Origin: a virus
Lineage: Duplodnaviria > Caudoviricetes
IMG/VR virus record: IMGVR_UViG_3300042559_002371
Span: 1-53,619 of that record
Direction: 5' to 3' (one strand)
Length of the DNA stretch: 53,619 nt
Shown: piece after piece, positions 30,923 through 41,630 of the stretch
How positions within the stretch are numbered: the first letter of the stretch is position 1
How the letters are laid out: each line of letters starts with the position of its first letter
Made by a program: the position numbers and the translations under genes
The notes under the pieces: model-generated
What the model was told of the DNA's origin: nothing
What the model saw: the letters and a program-made list of their open reading frames with translations, nothing else
Databases searched by the model: none

Positions 30923-33900
30923 CTACGCCTGAGCTTCTGCCCATGACATCTTCGCTGAAGTTAGTGTAGAGTTACCAGTCAATCTTGACACAGCTACTGT
31001 CAAAATATCTGGACCGTCTGGGAAGATAGAGTCTCCACCAAGAATCGAGTTTGAAAGCTCGAACAAGGTTGATACGTCCACCACGGTGGTGTCTTCTGCA
31101 CCAGCAGCTCCACCAGCGGCACGGAAGTTGTAAACCTGAACTCCACCTGAAACAGTGTCTTGAGCAGTGTGCTCAACAATCTGAGTCAAGGAAGGTGAGT
31201 CTACACCTACGAAGTTCAAGTTGTTCAAACGTGGGTTCAAAAGAACCTTAACGTCGACAAGCTGTGTTGTAGATACACCAATTTCTTGTAGGCGTAGCTG
31301 CATTCGGTTAAGAACATCTCGGTCACCAAGCTTACCTGTCAAACCTTCAGATACTGAAGGAGAGAGACGGATTGAAAGCAATGGCTGGTAGTTAGGACCA
31401 GAAGTATTGTTCAATGAGCCGTTTGGATATAGGAAGTAGGTGTACTGAGTATTACCTTGTGAAGTGAAGTTAATAACTTCAGAGATAATGATGTTTGGAT
31501 CATTAGCAGCGGTCACAGGGGTAGTAACGTTAGTTGCTTGATATGTAAACACTGTGTCACTTGTTCTAGTTACATAGAACGGACCATTTGGTACACGACT
31601 AGAACCATAAATACCAGCATACATACCAGTAGTTAGACCGTGTGGCAGTGTTGTTGTGATAGTTACTGTAGTTCCACTTTGAGCACTCTGAATGGTCTGA
31701 GGATTAATAGAGTATCCAGTGCCACGGCTAATTGTTACGTTAGGTGGAGTCAAGTGAATCAAGTTTGGTGAGTTAACCAAAACTCCATACAACCCATCGT
31801 TTGTCAAGTTTGCACGAGTATTTGAACCAACAATTTGAGTTGCTGGGTTCAAAGTATTAGTACCTGGGAACCCGTTAGTTGCAATTGACTGGAACTGTAG
31901 GATGTCACCAGTAGCAAAACCGTGACTTTGAACAGTAAACAAGTCAGTTGTTAGGTTGATACCAGATGAAGCAAATGACTTAGCTGTGGTTCCACGAACA
32001 TCCAAGGTCTGGCTTGAACCAGTGAACAAGTACGCGTTGTCGTCGTCAAATCGACCATCCATGATGACCGATGTACCCCAGTGGAACAAGTAAGGAATGT
32101 AAGTTGGGTTCTCGTAAGTTACAACTTCGTAACGAGCTGGCAAGTTACCAGAGCGGAAGTATGACTCAAAGAGGTTGTTGTTGTGGACAAACTCGTGGAC
32201 ATATTGAACCTGACCGTCTACAGTCTTGAATCCAAAACGAATCTTACCTGCACCGTACCAAGAGTAGTCGATGTAGGCCATTTGAATACGAGAGATGTCG
32301 AGGTTATAACCAGTTGGTCCAGAGCCATCACAAATATCAATATTCCACTGACTTTGTGGTACACGAGTGTCTACAGTCTTTGTGATAACAATACCTGACT
32401 TAGCAGGTACAAATGAGTGAACTGTAGTTGTTCCTGTTGTAGACAAATCTACGTTAACTTCTGAATCTGGGTCAGCAAGAAGCATAAAACTGTTGTTGTT
32501 AATTAAATCAACGTAGTAAGTACGACCGTTAATCATTCCACCAACAGGCTCACCATCGATTGAGTTATAAATAACTGGCAAACGGTCTGAGAAACCGTGA
32601 CCAATAATACTAAATACGTTAGTAGTTGTATTTACTTGAGTCTGTGGATTAAATTCTTTCTCAGTTCCAGAAGATCCCTTATATTCAGGGCGGATTGCCA
32701 TACGTGTATCAGACTCAATTTCAGCAATTCTATAAGACTGACCACGCATTACAATAAAGTCACCAACAGTAAGTTGCGCTTCAAAGCTTGTGTTTGATCC
32801 AAATACAAGTTCTGAACCTTGTAGACATGATGCTGTTCCAGCAAGCTGCTGAGTAGAAGAGCGACGGACTGCATAGATATCTTGACCATCAAACTCAAAG
32901 AAAGCACCGTTCTGGAAGTCAAACATACCTTCACGAACAGCACCATTTGACCACTCACGGACATAGAACTGAGGGAATCCGTAGGCACGGTTCTCTACAA
33001 TTGGCTCTAATGCCGTAAAGCGGAAGGTAGTTAAGTCAACAACTGTTACTTGGAACTCACCGTTATATACCGTGCTTGTATTTCCATAAGAATCTTCAGC
33101 AGCATTGACAACAATAAACAAACCTGACACAAGACCGTGTGGACGTCTAGTCTTACACTCAATTTGAAGTGATGAGAACTGCTTCATGCTCTCAAGGTCA
33201 ATTGAAGGTTGGAAGTTAACACCGCAAGAAGACTGAATACCCTTACCTGACTGGTAACGGAAGTACTTACGTGTTTGACGAACAATCTGACCAAACGATG
33301 TCTTAGATCCCACTGACATCTCAACGCCACCGTCGAATGGACGGTGTAGTGAGTAACCTTGTGGACGAACATATACGAAGGTTGGATACGAATAGGAAAC
33401 AGCGCTGTATGCATTTGCATATGGACGGTCAACCGTAATCTGAGTGTCACCACCGATAGCAGTGATACGACGAATGATTGGTCCGACTGGGATTGTGTTT
33501 GTTAAAGTAAACCCTGTACCAGTACCTTGAGTGCTGAAGTCAACAGCTTGAAGGTTGTTTTGAGCGTCACTCAGTGTTGAGTGAAGGGTAACTTCTGTGT
33601 TAGAAACTGCACGAACGTAGTAGTAGTAACCATCAACTAGAGGAGCTGGTGGTACACCGCCATTTGCCGCAAACTTGACCACATCTCCAGTTGCAAAGTT
33701 GTGGCTATCTAGAATTCGATTGTTGGTTGTGTTTACATCTACGTCAGCAAATGTCTTTGAAACATTTGAGATAGAGAAGTTAGTTCCAGTACCTGTAGTT
33801 GTGATGTCAATAATATTTGTATTATTAGTAGCATCAGTTGCTGTTGGGTGTAGGCTCATAGTTGAACCAGCAGAAACAGCTCTTACAAAGTAAGTAGCAC

Positions 33901-36900
33901 CTTCTACAAGAGGCGCTGGGGCAGTTCCACCACCAGCAGAGAAAACAACCTGTGTACCAGTTGTAAAAGTGTTGCTCTTAGTGATGAGATTAGTTGATGC
34001 GTTAACATCTGCAGCAGCAAAAACCATAGTTCCATGCTGCTTAATTGTGTTAGGTGGGAAGAGGCGGAAACGGTCTCCCACCTTTAGAATCTTAGAGAAC
34101 GCAGTACCAGAACCGTTAACAAGAACAGAACCTGAGGTAACGCTTACAGTTCCAGAACCAGTAACGTTACCGTTAATTTGGTCAGTAATAAGCTTGTGAC
34201 CTACACCAGTTCCCCAGTCGGTAATATTGAGAGTGATACCAGATGCAGCATTTTCTGCAGAAGTTGCTAAGCGTAGGTAGTCTCGGTTAATTGCAACAAC
34301 GTAGTAATCTGTGTTGTTTGTTAAACCACCAATATCAGTAGCTGCATCTCCTTGGTCATATGTAACTTTTGTTCCAGTAGTGAAACCATGAGATTGAATC
34401 AAGAATGTGTTTAATTCAAGATCTACAGCGCCACGAGGGTTAAATACCTTTGTAATAATTGGAACGTTACCAGCAGCTTCTACAGTAAATGTGTCTGGAG
34501 AAGGTGTTGAAGTGATTGTGTAAATGCCGTCTGGAGTCTTAGACAAAGAACGTAGAGTGTGTCGACCAACACCAACTGGGCTTGCAGTCAAATCTACTGC
34601 AGTACCTGCATCAGCATTTTCAGGGGTAGTTGCCAACTTAATGTTGTCACCATCTACGAAAATCACATAATAAGGAGTAGCTGTAGTTAGACCATTTACA
34701 ACTGTTTGACCCTTTGAGTCATACTCAACAAGTTCGCCCTGTAAGAATCCGTGGTTAGGCAAGGTGATTGTGTCTGTTGTGTAATCAAGAGAGGTGATGA
34801 ACAAGGAGTGAGTACCTGTTGCTGGCCAAGGATCTTGGTTTGTGATGTTAGCAATTGTAGTCAAAGCTCTGTTAGTAGCTAGTCGAACAATGCTGTTGTC
34901 AACCTTAACAATAAAGTAGGTAGTGTTATCTGTTAAACCAGGAATTACAACGTTGGCTGTAATACCCTTTGAATAGCGAATAGCCTGACCAGAAACAAGA
35001 CCATGGTTAGGAATATACAAAGTATCTTCAAGAGCATTAACAGTCAAGAAGATAAAGCTGTGACCAGTTCCAGTTCCAGCACTAGTGAAGTTAATATATG
35101 TTGGAGAGTTCAAAGAAGACTTCAAACGAATTTGGTTAGCGTTTAGAACCTCAGCAACATAGTAAGTAGCTTGGTCAATAAGAGGTGCGATTGCTGTTCC
35201 GTCACCAACTTGATATCTCAACGGCTGATCAACCAAGAAACCGTGGTTACTAATAGTCAAGGTATCTGTGGCTACGTTTACAACAACTCTACTAATCTTT
35301 GCTGTAGTAGCAACTTCTCTTGAAGATGGATTTGTAAGGTTAATATTTGTGAATGAAGGAGAAGGAGTTGTGCTCAAACGATAGCTGAACGCATTCACAG
35401 TGTTTACATAATAAATAGCGTTATTTGTAATTCCTGTTGGAGGAACTCCATTAAAGGTTACTTGAATTGCTTCACCATTGGTAAGCGTGTGAGCTGCAGG
35501 ACTGTGAATTTGATCGTTCTGTGTATCAAAGTTAATTGGAACAAATGAGTGGAATGAAGTACCAGCAGCAGCAATAGCAATTGCGTTAGTCCCATTTTCT
35601 GCATCTTGTGCCGTAGGGTGAATACTGTTACCAGTGGTAAAGCTAGAAATTAGTGTTACTGTAACTTGACCTTCACCAGTGTTATAGGCAGAAATGTTTG
35701 CAATAGGTGAGCCGTTAAATGTATTAGCGCCATCAAACAAACCTGTAGATGTTCCTACGTTTGTAGCAGTAGATACGATAAATGAACCACCACCACCACC
35801 TGAATGGTTTGCAGTTGTGGAGCGAGCACCGCCACCACCAGAGTAACCACCACCACCACCAGATTGACCTACACGCTGGCCGTCTGACTGACCACCACCA
35901 CCAAATCCACCGTATCCACCAATACGAGTGTTGGTTCCCATGGTCAAGCCGTCAAGGAATGAACCTCCACCAAATGTAGGCTCTGAAGTAAAACTACCGT
36001 TCTGTCCGCGAGAGAAGAAACCACCACCAGCAGCAGAGTAACCAAAAGGACTCTGAGCACGACCACCAAAACCTACAGCTCCACCAGCTTGCTGATTGTT
36101 AGTAGAAGTTCCACCAAGTCTTGTTAAAACACCATCTCGTCCAGCACCAGTGTTTGGCTCACCTGCACCACCACCAGCAACAAACAAAGGCTCGTTACCA
36201 GTTTTACGAACAACAAATGTTCCACCACCAGAACCACCCCAAACTCCACCTGAAGTTGGAGCGTCTCCTCGTTGTCCAACAGCAATAGTGATAACTTCAC
36301 CCTTGGTTAGAGCAATACGACCTTCAACAATTGCTCCACGACCAACAGAGCCCGCTCCTCCACCATCAAAACCAGAAGCACCACGGACGTTAAAGCTATA
36401 AATACCAGAAACAGGAACTGTCCAGTCTTGGTAGCCTTGGAAGGCACCTTGAGAAATGTATAGGTCATCCCACGTTGTGCTGTATGAGTTTCTCATTTCA
36501 GTTTGAGTAGGACCTACTCGACCAGTTTTTCCACAAGTGGTAAATGTGTGGGATGTGAATGCGTATAAAGCTTGAGAACCAGCAAACTCAGAAATTGAAA
36601 CGTTCTTTAGGAAGTACGTGTCACCGCTAGTTAGTCCTGTAAGAGGTGTTCCATTTGTAAAATATTTAACAGCTTGATTTGTAGGGGTTGAAGCGTCAAT
36701 ATTGAGCTTATTTGCAAAAACAACAGGAGTGTTAAATTTAATAGTTCCAGCAGTGCTCTCTGTAATGTTGATTGCAGTACCGTTAAAAGTTGTACTAAAT
36801 TTTAGTTTTTTAGGTTCTGTTGTAGTTACATATACAAGACCGTTTTCAGTGAAACCAGTAAGAGAACCAATACCAGAAGTGTAAAGAAAAGCAACTCCCG

Positions 36901-37030
36901 GAGCCAAAGCAGCAGGAATTACATCAGGAGAAGTGTTCTTAAAGTAGATGAAATCTTCATCAAGATTAACATTTACACGAGAAAAAGAGTGAGTACCTGC
37001 TGCACCCGCAGCGGTTACGTCAATTGGCAT
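30923..37030 (-). CDS. Large virion structural protein (2035 aa) with ALK/LTK-type glycine-rich domain and repeated beta domains
   Basis: FTTCGKTGRVGPT...WTVPVSGIY poly-Gly domain, many 'HGF..G..V.Y.......GL.....YYV' repeats, and RQTRKYFRYQSGKG. Confidence 0.75.
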   Translation of the reverse strand: MPIDVTAAGAAGTHSFSRVNVNLDEDFIYFKNTSPDVIPAALAPGVAFLYTSGIGSLTGFTENGLVYVTTTEPKKLKFSTTFNGTAINITESTAGTIKFNTPVVFANKLNIDASTPTNQAVKYFTNGTPLTGLTSGDTYFLKNVSISEFAGSQALYAFTSHTFTTCGKTGRVGPTQTEMRNSYSTTWDDLYISQGAFQGYQDWTVPVSGIYSFNVRGASGFDGGGAGSVGRGAIVEGRIALTKGEVITIAVGQRGDAPTSGGVWGGSGGGTFVVRKTGNEPLFVAGGGAGEPNTGAGRDGVLTRLGGTSTNNQQAGGAVGFGGRAQSPFGYSAAGGGFFSRGQNGSFTSEPTFGGGSFLDGLTMGTNTRIGGYGGFGGGGQSDGQRVGQSGGGGGYSGGGGARSTTANHSGGGGGSFIVSTATNVGTSTGLFDGANTFNGSPIANISAYNTGEGQVTVTLISSFTTGNSIHPTAQDAENGTNAIAIAAAGTSFHSFVPINFDTQNDQIHSPAAHTLTNGEAIQVTFNGVPPTGITNNAIYYVNTVNAFSYRLSTTPSPSFTNINLTNPSSREVATTAKISRVVVNVATDTLTISNHGFLVDQPLRYQVGDGTAIAPLIDQATYYVAEVLNANQIRLKSSLNSPTYINFTSAGTGTGHSFIFLTVNALEDTLYIPNHGLVSGQAIRYSKGITANVVIPGLTDNTTYFIVKVDNSIVRLATNRALTTIANITNQDPWPATGTHSLFITSLDYTTDTITLPNHGFLQGELVEYDSKGQTVVNGLTTATPYYVIFVDGDNIKLATTPENADAGTAVDLTASPVGVGRHTLRSLSKTPDGIYTITSTPSPDTFTVEAAGNVPIITKVFNPRGAVDLELNTFLIQSHGFTTGTKVTYDQGDAATDIGGLTNNTDYYVVAINRDYLRLATSAENAASGITLNITDWGTGVGHKLITDQINGNVTGSGTVSVTSGSVLVNGSGTAFSKILKVGDRFRLFPPNTIKQHGTMVFAAADVNASTNLITKSNTFTTGTQVVFSAGGGTAPAPLVEGATYFVRAVSAGSTMSLHPTATDATNNTNIIDITTTGTGTNFSISNVSKTFADVDVNTTNNRILDSHNFATGDVVKFAANGGVPPAPLVDGYYYYVRAVSNTEVTLHSTLSDAQNNLQAVDFSTQGTGTGFTLTNTIPVGPIIRRITAIGGDTQITVDRPYANAYSAVSYSYPTFVYVRPQGYSLHRPFDGGVEMSVGSKTSFGQIVRQTRKYFRYQSGKGIQSSCGVNFQPSIDLESMKQFSSLQIECKTRRPHGLVSGLFIVVNAAEDSYGNTSTVYNGEFQVTVVDLTTFRFTALEPIVENRAYGFPQFYVREWSNGAVREGMFDFQNGAFFEFDGQDIYAVRRSSTQQLAGTASCLQGSELVFGSNTSFEAQLTVGDFIVMRGQSYRIAEIESDTRMAIRPEYKGSSGTEKEFNPQTQVNTTTNVFSIIGHGFSDRLPVIYNSIDGEPVGGMINGRTYYVDLINNNSFMLLADPDSEVNVDLSTTGTTTVHSFVPAKSGIVITKTVDTRVPQSQWNIDICDGSGPTGYNLDISRIQMAYIDYSWYGAGKIRFGFKTVDGQVQYVHEFVHNNNLFESYFRSGNLPARYEVVTYENPTYIPYLFHWGTSVIMDGRFDDDNAYLFTGSSQTLDVRGTTAKSFASSGINLTTDLFTVQSHGFATGDILQFQSIATNGFPGTNTLNPATQIVGSNTRANLTNDGLYGVLVNSPNLIHLTPPNVTISRGTGYSINPQTIQSAQSGTTVTITTTLPHGLTTGMYAGIYGSSRVPNGPFYVTRTSDTVFTYQATNVTTPVTAANDPNIIISEVINFTSQGNTQYTYFLYPNGSLNNTSGPNYQPLLSIRLSPSVSEGLTGKLGDRDVLNRMQLRLQEIGVSTTQLVDVKVLLNPRLNNLNFVGVDSPSLTQIVEHTAQDTVSGGVQVYNFRAAGGAAGAEDTTVVDVSTLFELSNSILGGDSIFPDGPDILTVAVSRLTGNSTLTSAKMSWAEAQA

Positions 37031-37048
37031 TTATATTCTCCTTTTCCT

Positions 37049-39733
37049 TTACAGCCTAGTAATGGTGATTTGACCATTACCTGAGCTTTCAACTTCGCCA
37101 CTAGATTGGTTAGTTCCAACGTTGTATGAACCAGCGCCAGCACCATTAGCTGACCAATATGCACCTGGACCACCATTGAAGCCACCGCCACCGCCAGCGC
37201 CTCCAGCCCAACCGCGAGGTGCGCCACCGCCACCAAATCCACCGTGACTTGAGTAGTTTCCACCGTAAGCACCATTTACGAATGAAGTACCTGGACCTGC
37301 CCAGCCTCCACCGTTACCGTAGAAGCCACCGCCTCCACCAAATGAATCACCGTTACCGCCGTTACCTCCTGAGGCACCGCCCCAGTTATTAGAACCGCGA
37401 GAAGACCAACCAGTAGTTGCATCTGCATATCCATACCAACCTGGAGATGCTCCACCACCACCACCAGCAACGAGAAGTGGCGTATTGTTTTCAAGAGCTA
37501 CATAACTTCCACCACCGCCGCCGCCGTTGTCACCCATACCACCACCAGCTTGACCAACAACCATTTTAATTCTGTCGCCAAGATTCCACTGGAAATCTCC
37601 ACGCATACGAACTCCGTAACCACCACGGTTACCCCAGTTGCTAGCCCATCCGCCAGCAGCTCCATAAGCTTCTACGCGATAAGTTGCTACTTCAGGAACT
37701 GTCCATACAAATGTTCCAGTATTGCCTGGCATTTCAATGTAAGTGTTACCCCAAGATGGGTTTCCTGCTCCAGAGCGAACTTGTGAAAGGTTAGGACCAC
37801 CAGAACCACCAGCACCACCTGGAGTGAATGTAACGCTTGAGAAAGAGTACAAAGCAGGTGGTTGGTCAAACTGATATGTGTGTGTTTGGAATGCAGAGAT
37901 TCCGTCTACGTCAGTTGCAGTAATAATAACTGTACGACCTGGAACTGCAATATTTTCTAGAGGTGTACCAGATACAACACCAGTAGAAGTATTTAGAGTA
38001 AGACCGTTAGGCAAAGTTCCACTTGTGACTGCGTAAGTAATAGGAGCAGTCATACCGATAGCAGTTACTGTTGTCGGAGTAATTGCATATCTAGAGAACC
38101 CAGTGCGACTAATAGTCTGAGGGCTTAGCTCACCAACAGTTTGGTTTAGCGTGAAATTATGCTGATCAAGAACCTGAGCTACAAAGTAGAAGTTTTTAAC
38201 TTGATCAGAAGAAACTACAGCAAAAGCGCCATTTTCTGGCTTTTCATAGCGCAGCATGTCGAATCGAGCATACTGATGGTCTTTTACGTGGAAGATGTTT
38301 CTATCAAGAGATACACCAATTTGCTTAAAAGTCTGAGTACCAGTTCCTCCTGAAACAGAAGTAATTGCTGCTCCTGTAGGAGTTGGTTTTAGAGTAAATG
38401 CATACTGAAAAGTTCCAGCATTTACTGTAATAAAAGTATCAACAAAATATGTAGTGTTGTTTGTAAGTCCGTTTGCAGCAGTACCTGTGGTTGAGTAGAA
38501 GACCATAGACCCTGAGTACCATGTAAGCGGTACAGCTTGCGCTGAAGTTACGTTTACAAGAGAGCCACTATAAGAAGTTACTTGACCTACTTGAATAGAG
38601 CTATTTGACCCATCAAATTCTTTTGGTAAATCTTTAATAATCTGAACTGATACTTCAGTACTCGCATTTATGTTATTTCCAGCAAAAGTACGAGCTTGAT
38701 TAGCTAGCTGGAAAGTTCCAGTCATTGTTGTTGGAATCTCAATAACATCGCCGTCTGGTACAGCAGAAACTTGGAATGTAGATGTTGAAGTTCCAAGGGA
38801 TGTTGCGGTCTTTAAGAAAACAACTCCGCGAGGGTTAGTGGCAAAATACCCACCGCCAGAGACAACATCGTAATAAAAAGGGGTTCCAATAACTCTATTT
38901 GCAAAATTTTCAGTTCCATGAGCAACAGTAATTGTGTTGTTAACAAGGTTCTGCGCATTCATATTTACAGTGCTAGTGACACCAGCAACTGTTGCAGAGT
39001 TAGACCAATCAATATTGATTTGAGAAAGTGTGTTTGAGCCGTCAAATGTCTGCGCAGTTGCAGAGTTAGAAGCATCAAAAGACTTAGCTTCATTGTTATT
39101 TGCAGGAAATTCTTGAGAAATAGTTGAGTTCAGGTTCAAGAAGTAGAACGGAGTATCTACATAAAAACCGTGGGTCGAGCCAGTAGTTACTGTAAGCGTA
39201 GAAATTGACTCACCGTCAGTTGTAATACCTGCCGCATCTGCTAGGCGAAGCTGAGAACCTTGAAAAAATTCTCCAGTAATAACTGAAGAATACAAATCCT
39301 CAATCGAGTTGTTTCCAAGCTGAATATCTCTACATAGGTAAGTAAACTTTGTAGCATTTGGAATGGAGTTGATGATGTAAGCACCATCAGCTGTAATTGA
39401 CTTAGTACCAGTTACGTTAATAGGGATACCGACTGCTAACCCGTGTGGGAGGCCAGTAGTAACGGTAATTTCTCGAGTGCCATCGTTTGTAGTGATAGCC
39501 GTAATATTTGGGATTGTGGTATCACCAGATTTAGAAAAGAACGACGGTGTGTTGTTGATAAGTTCAACAGTTTCCCACTTGGTAGGCTGAAGACCATACT
39601 CAAAGTCGGTATCGATGAGGTTTTGCGGTTCGCTGACGCGAAGCTTAGTTACTGGATCGATAAATTCTTTAGGAAAAGAAATCTCTCCGCCAGTACCGCT
39701 TGAGCCTGAGCTACCACCTAAAAAGCCGGGCAT
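37049..39733 (-). CDS. Virion structural protein (894 aa) with Ig-like and C-terminal glycine-rich domains
   Basis: GTLPNGLTLNTSTGVVSGTP (putative Ig domain), then WTVPEVATYRVEAYGAAGG and a poly-Gly domain. Confidence 0.75.
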   Translation of the reverse strand: MPGFLGGSSGSSGTGGEISFPKEFIDPVTKLRVSEPQNLIDTDFEYGLQPTKWETVELINNTPSFFSKSGDTTIPNITAITTNDGTREITVTTGLPHGLAVGIPINVTGTKSITADGAYIINSIPNATKFTYLCRDIQLGNNSIEDLYSSVITGEFFQGSQLRLADAAGITTDGESISTLTVTTGSTHGFYVDTPFYFLNLNSTISQEFPANNNEAKSFDASNSATAQTFDGSNTLSQINIDWSNSATVAGVTSTVNMNAQNLVNNTITVAHGTENFANRVIGTPFYYDVVSGGGYFATNPRGVVFLKTATSLGTSTSTFQVSAVPDGDVIEIPTTMTGTFQLANQARTFAGNNINASTEVSVQIIKDLPKEFDGSNSSIQVGQVTSYSGSLVNVTSAQAVPLTWYSGSMVFYSTTGTAANGLTNNTTYFVDTFITVNAGTFQYAFTLKPTPTGAAITSVSGGTGTQTFKQIGVSLDRNIFHVKDHQYARFDMLRYEKPENGAFAVVSSDQVKNFYFVAQVLDQHNFTLNQTVGELSPQTISRTGFSRYAITPTTVTAIGMTAPITYAVTSGTLPNGLTLNTSTGVVSGTPLENIAVPGRTVIITATDVDGISAFQTHTYQFDQPPALYSFSSVTFTPGGAGGSGGPNLSQVRSGAGNPSWGNTYIEMPGNTGTFVWTVPEVATYRVEAYGAAGGWASNWGNRGGYGVRMRGDFQWNLGDRIKMVVGQAGGGMGDNGGGGGGSYVALENNTPLLVAGGGGGASPGWYGYADATTGWSSRGSNNWGGASGGNGGNGDSFGGGGGFYGNGGGWAGPGTSFVNGAYGGNYSSHGGFGGGGAPRGWAGGAGGGGGFNGGPGAYWSANGAGAGSYNVGTNQSSGEVESSGNGQITITRL

Positions 39734-39827
39734 TATTTATTACCTCTCTCACCACACACGAGATCTGTTAGTAGAATACCACTGCTACAAATCTTTGATT
39801 TTAAAAAAGTGCTTGTGTTTTGCATTT

Positions 39828-40478
39828 TTATGTACCTAGCCACCAACTTGTTGTAACACCTAGAGAGCCCATTGGACCTGTAGGACCAGCAGGACCTGTA
39901 GATCCACCCTGAGTTTCAATAAATACTCCATTATAAAAAACGTAAGTAATAGCAGTGTTTGTGTTAAACCATGCATCACCATTTACAGATGTCAGTAAGT
40001 CAGGCGGATTTGGGCTGGCAGTGAACTTACCTACTGGACCAGTAGGACCTGTAGGACCAGGAACTTCAGACTGGGCACCTGTAGGTCCTGTGGGACCAGT
40101 AGTTCCACGAGGTCCTGTTGGACCTTGTGGACCAGTTACAGTTGAATCTGCACCTGTAGGGCCAGTAAAACCTCTAGGTCCTTGCTCTCCTTGCAATCCT
40201 TGTGGACCAGTCGGACCTTGAGGTCCAGTTGGACCGATAGGACCACTTGGACCTGCTACATCAGAAACAGGACCAGTTGGACCCTGAATACCCTGAGCAC
40301 CTGTTGCACCAGTGGCTCCTGTAGCACCAGTAGGTCCTTGAATACCTTGTGGACCCGTTGGACCTGTAGGAGTTACACGCTTAGCTTCCCAAACTAATCC
40401 AGTCCAGACCCAGGTTTGACCGCCAGCGGTGAACTCTTCTCCAACCACTACGGGTGTTGGAAAGTCAATTGCTGCCAC
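39828..40478 (-). CDS. Collagen-like protein (216 aa)
   Basis: MAAIDFP N-module, long GPT/GPQ tract, GDAWFN module. GTG start with GAGGAG RBS. Confidence 0.85.
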   Translation of the reverse strand: MAAIDFPTPVVVGEEFTAGGQTWVWTGLVWEAKRVTPTGPTGPQGIQGPTGATGATGATGAQGIQGPTGPVSDVAGPSGPIGPTGPQGPTGPQGLQGEQGPRGFTGPTGADSTVTGPQGPTGPRGTTGPTGPTGAQSEVPGPTGPTGPVGKFTASPNPPDLLTSVNGDAWFNTNTAITYVFYNGVFIETQGGSTGPAGPTGPMGSLGVTTSWWLGT

Positions 40479-40526
40479 TTTGCTTGCTCCTCTCTGGACT
40501 AACTATCTATTCTACTTTGAGAATCT

Positions 40527-40703
40527 TTACCCAACTTGTGGTTCTGCTTGATTTGAATTTTTTAACCCAACATATGCTTCTGCCCAAGTGGTTGCTGACT
40601 CGATAGACTCCCAAGGGCCACTCTCGTCAATAACATTAGAACCATCCAAAATTTCTACCATTGGCCCTCTTGGATTGCTGGTTGTTAAGTTGTAACTAAA
40701 CAT
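40527..40703 (-). CDS. Small hypothetical protein (58 aa), absent from the ORF track
   Basis: Hand translation: MFSYNLTTSNPRGPMVEILDGSNVIDESGPWESIESATTWAEAYVGLKNSNQAEPQVG*. GGAGG RBS, starts 2 nt after the upstream stop and fills the gap. Confidence 0.75.
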   Translation of the reverse strand: MFSYNLTTSNPRGPMVEILDGSNVIDESGPWESIESATTWAEAYVGLKNSNQAEPQVG

Positions 40704-40705
40704 CT

Positions 40706-41629
40706 TTATCCTCCCGAGTAGGCAATCTTGCCACCATTTGCAACAGCAATTGCTAGCGAATCATCAAAATAGACATCATTTACGTTAGATATCCCTAAAC
40801 CAGAGTTTCTTTGAATCCATTGAGTGGAGTCTGTTGAAGTCGCCACTTTTCCAGCTGTTCCTCCAGCTAAGTAGTAATTCTCGCTGTTAGCTGCAACAGA
40901 CCTAATTTGAGATGACCCGAAGCTGCTAGCTGGAAACGATTGAATCCAAGTTAGTCCATTTGTTGAACTAGCAATTTTTCCTGAGTCTCCAACGGCAATG
41001 TACTTATCTCTTGTTGGATTTCCCGCTACTGAAAATATTGTACTTGATATAAAAGAAGAACCACGTTGAGTCCAACTAATTCCATTTGTTGAAGTAGCTA
41101 GTTTTCCATCATAACCAACAGCAATAATAAGACTTGAATCAGAATAAACATTATTGATAAAAGAAGTTCCAAAAGAGGAAAGTCTTTGAGTCCACTCAAT
41201 TCCATCAATTGAAGTAGCCAATTTTCCTGAACCACCAACTGCAATCCAAAGACTTGCTGATTGAGAGTATGTAATTCCCAAAATGGCGCTGGCACCAAAA
41301 GAAGATGAGCGTAAAGTCCAATTTATGCCGTCTGTTGAAGTAGCCAATTTTCCAGAGCTACCCCCAATAACATAAATATCATCTCCATACGCAACTGAAT
41401 AGATGTTACTTCCAGCAAACCCAGAAACACGCTGAGTCCATGAAGATGAGACATCATTAGAAGTAGCAAGCTTTCCAGAACTACCAACTGCTACAAATTG
41501 GCCCATACCATTTGTAGCAATTGAATTTATGTTTGTGCTTCCGAAAGAGGTATTTGTGACAAGAGACCAAAGGGTAGGCAAAAAAGCTACTGGCAAAGTA
41601 GAATGCATCGCATGGGTGGCTATCAGCAT
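40706..41629 (-). CDS. Beta-propeller repeat protein (BNR/Ycf48-like)
   Basis: About seven ~41-aa repeats 'AVG.SGKLATS.DG..WTQR.S.FG.S.I..V'. Confidence 0.85.
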   Translation of the reverse strand: MLIATHAMHSTLPVAFLPTLWSLVTNTSFGSTNINSIATNGMGQFVAVGSSGKLATSNDVSSSWTQRVSGFAGSNIYSVAYGDDIYVIGGSSGKLATSTDGINWTLRSSSFGASAILGITYSQSASLWIAVGGSGKLATSIDGIEWTQRLSSFGTSFINNVYSDSSLIIAVGYDGKLATSTNGISWTQRGSSFISSTIFSVAGNPTRDKYIAVGDSGKIASSTNGLTWIQSFPASSFGSSQIRSVAANSENYYLAGGTAGKVATSTDSTQWIQRNSGLGISNVNDVYFDDSLAIAVANGGKIAYSGG

Positions 41630-41630
41630 A

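Noticed and set aside
35660-37860. Horizontal transfer of a eukaryotic receptor kinase gene
   Set aside because: There is no kinase, transmembrane segment or signal peptide. Only the Gly-rich domain is similar, and direction of transfer cannot be judged here.
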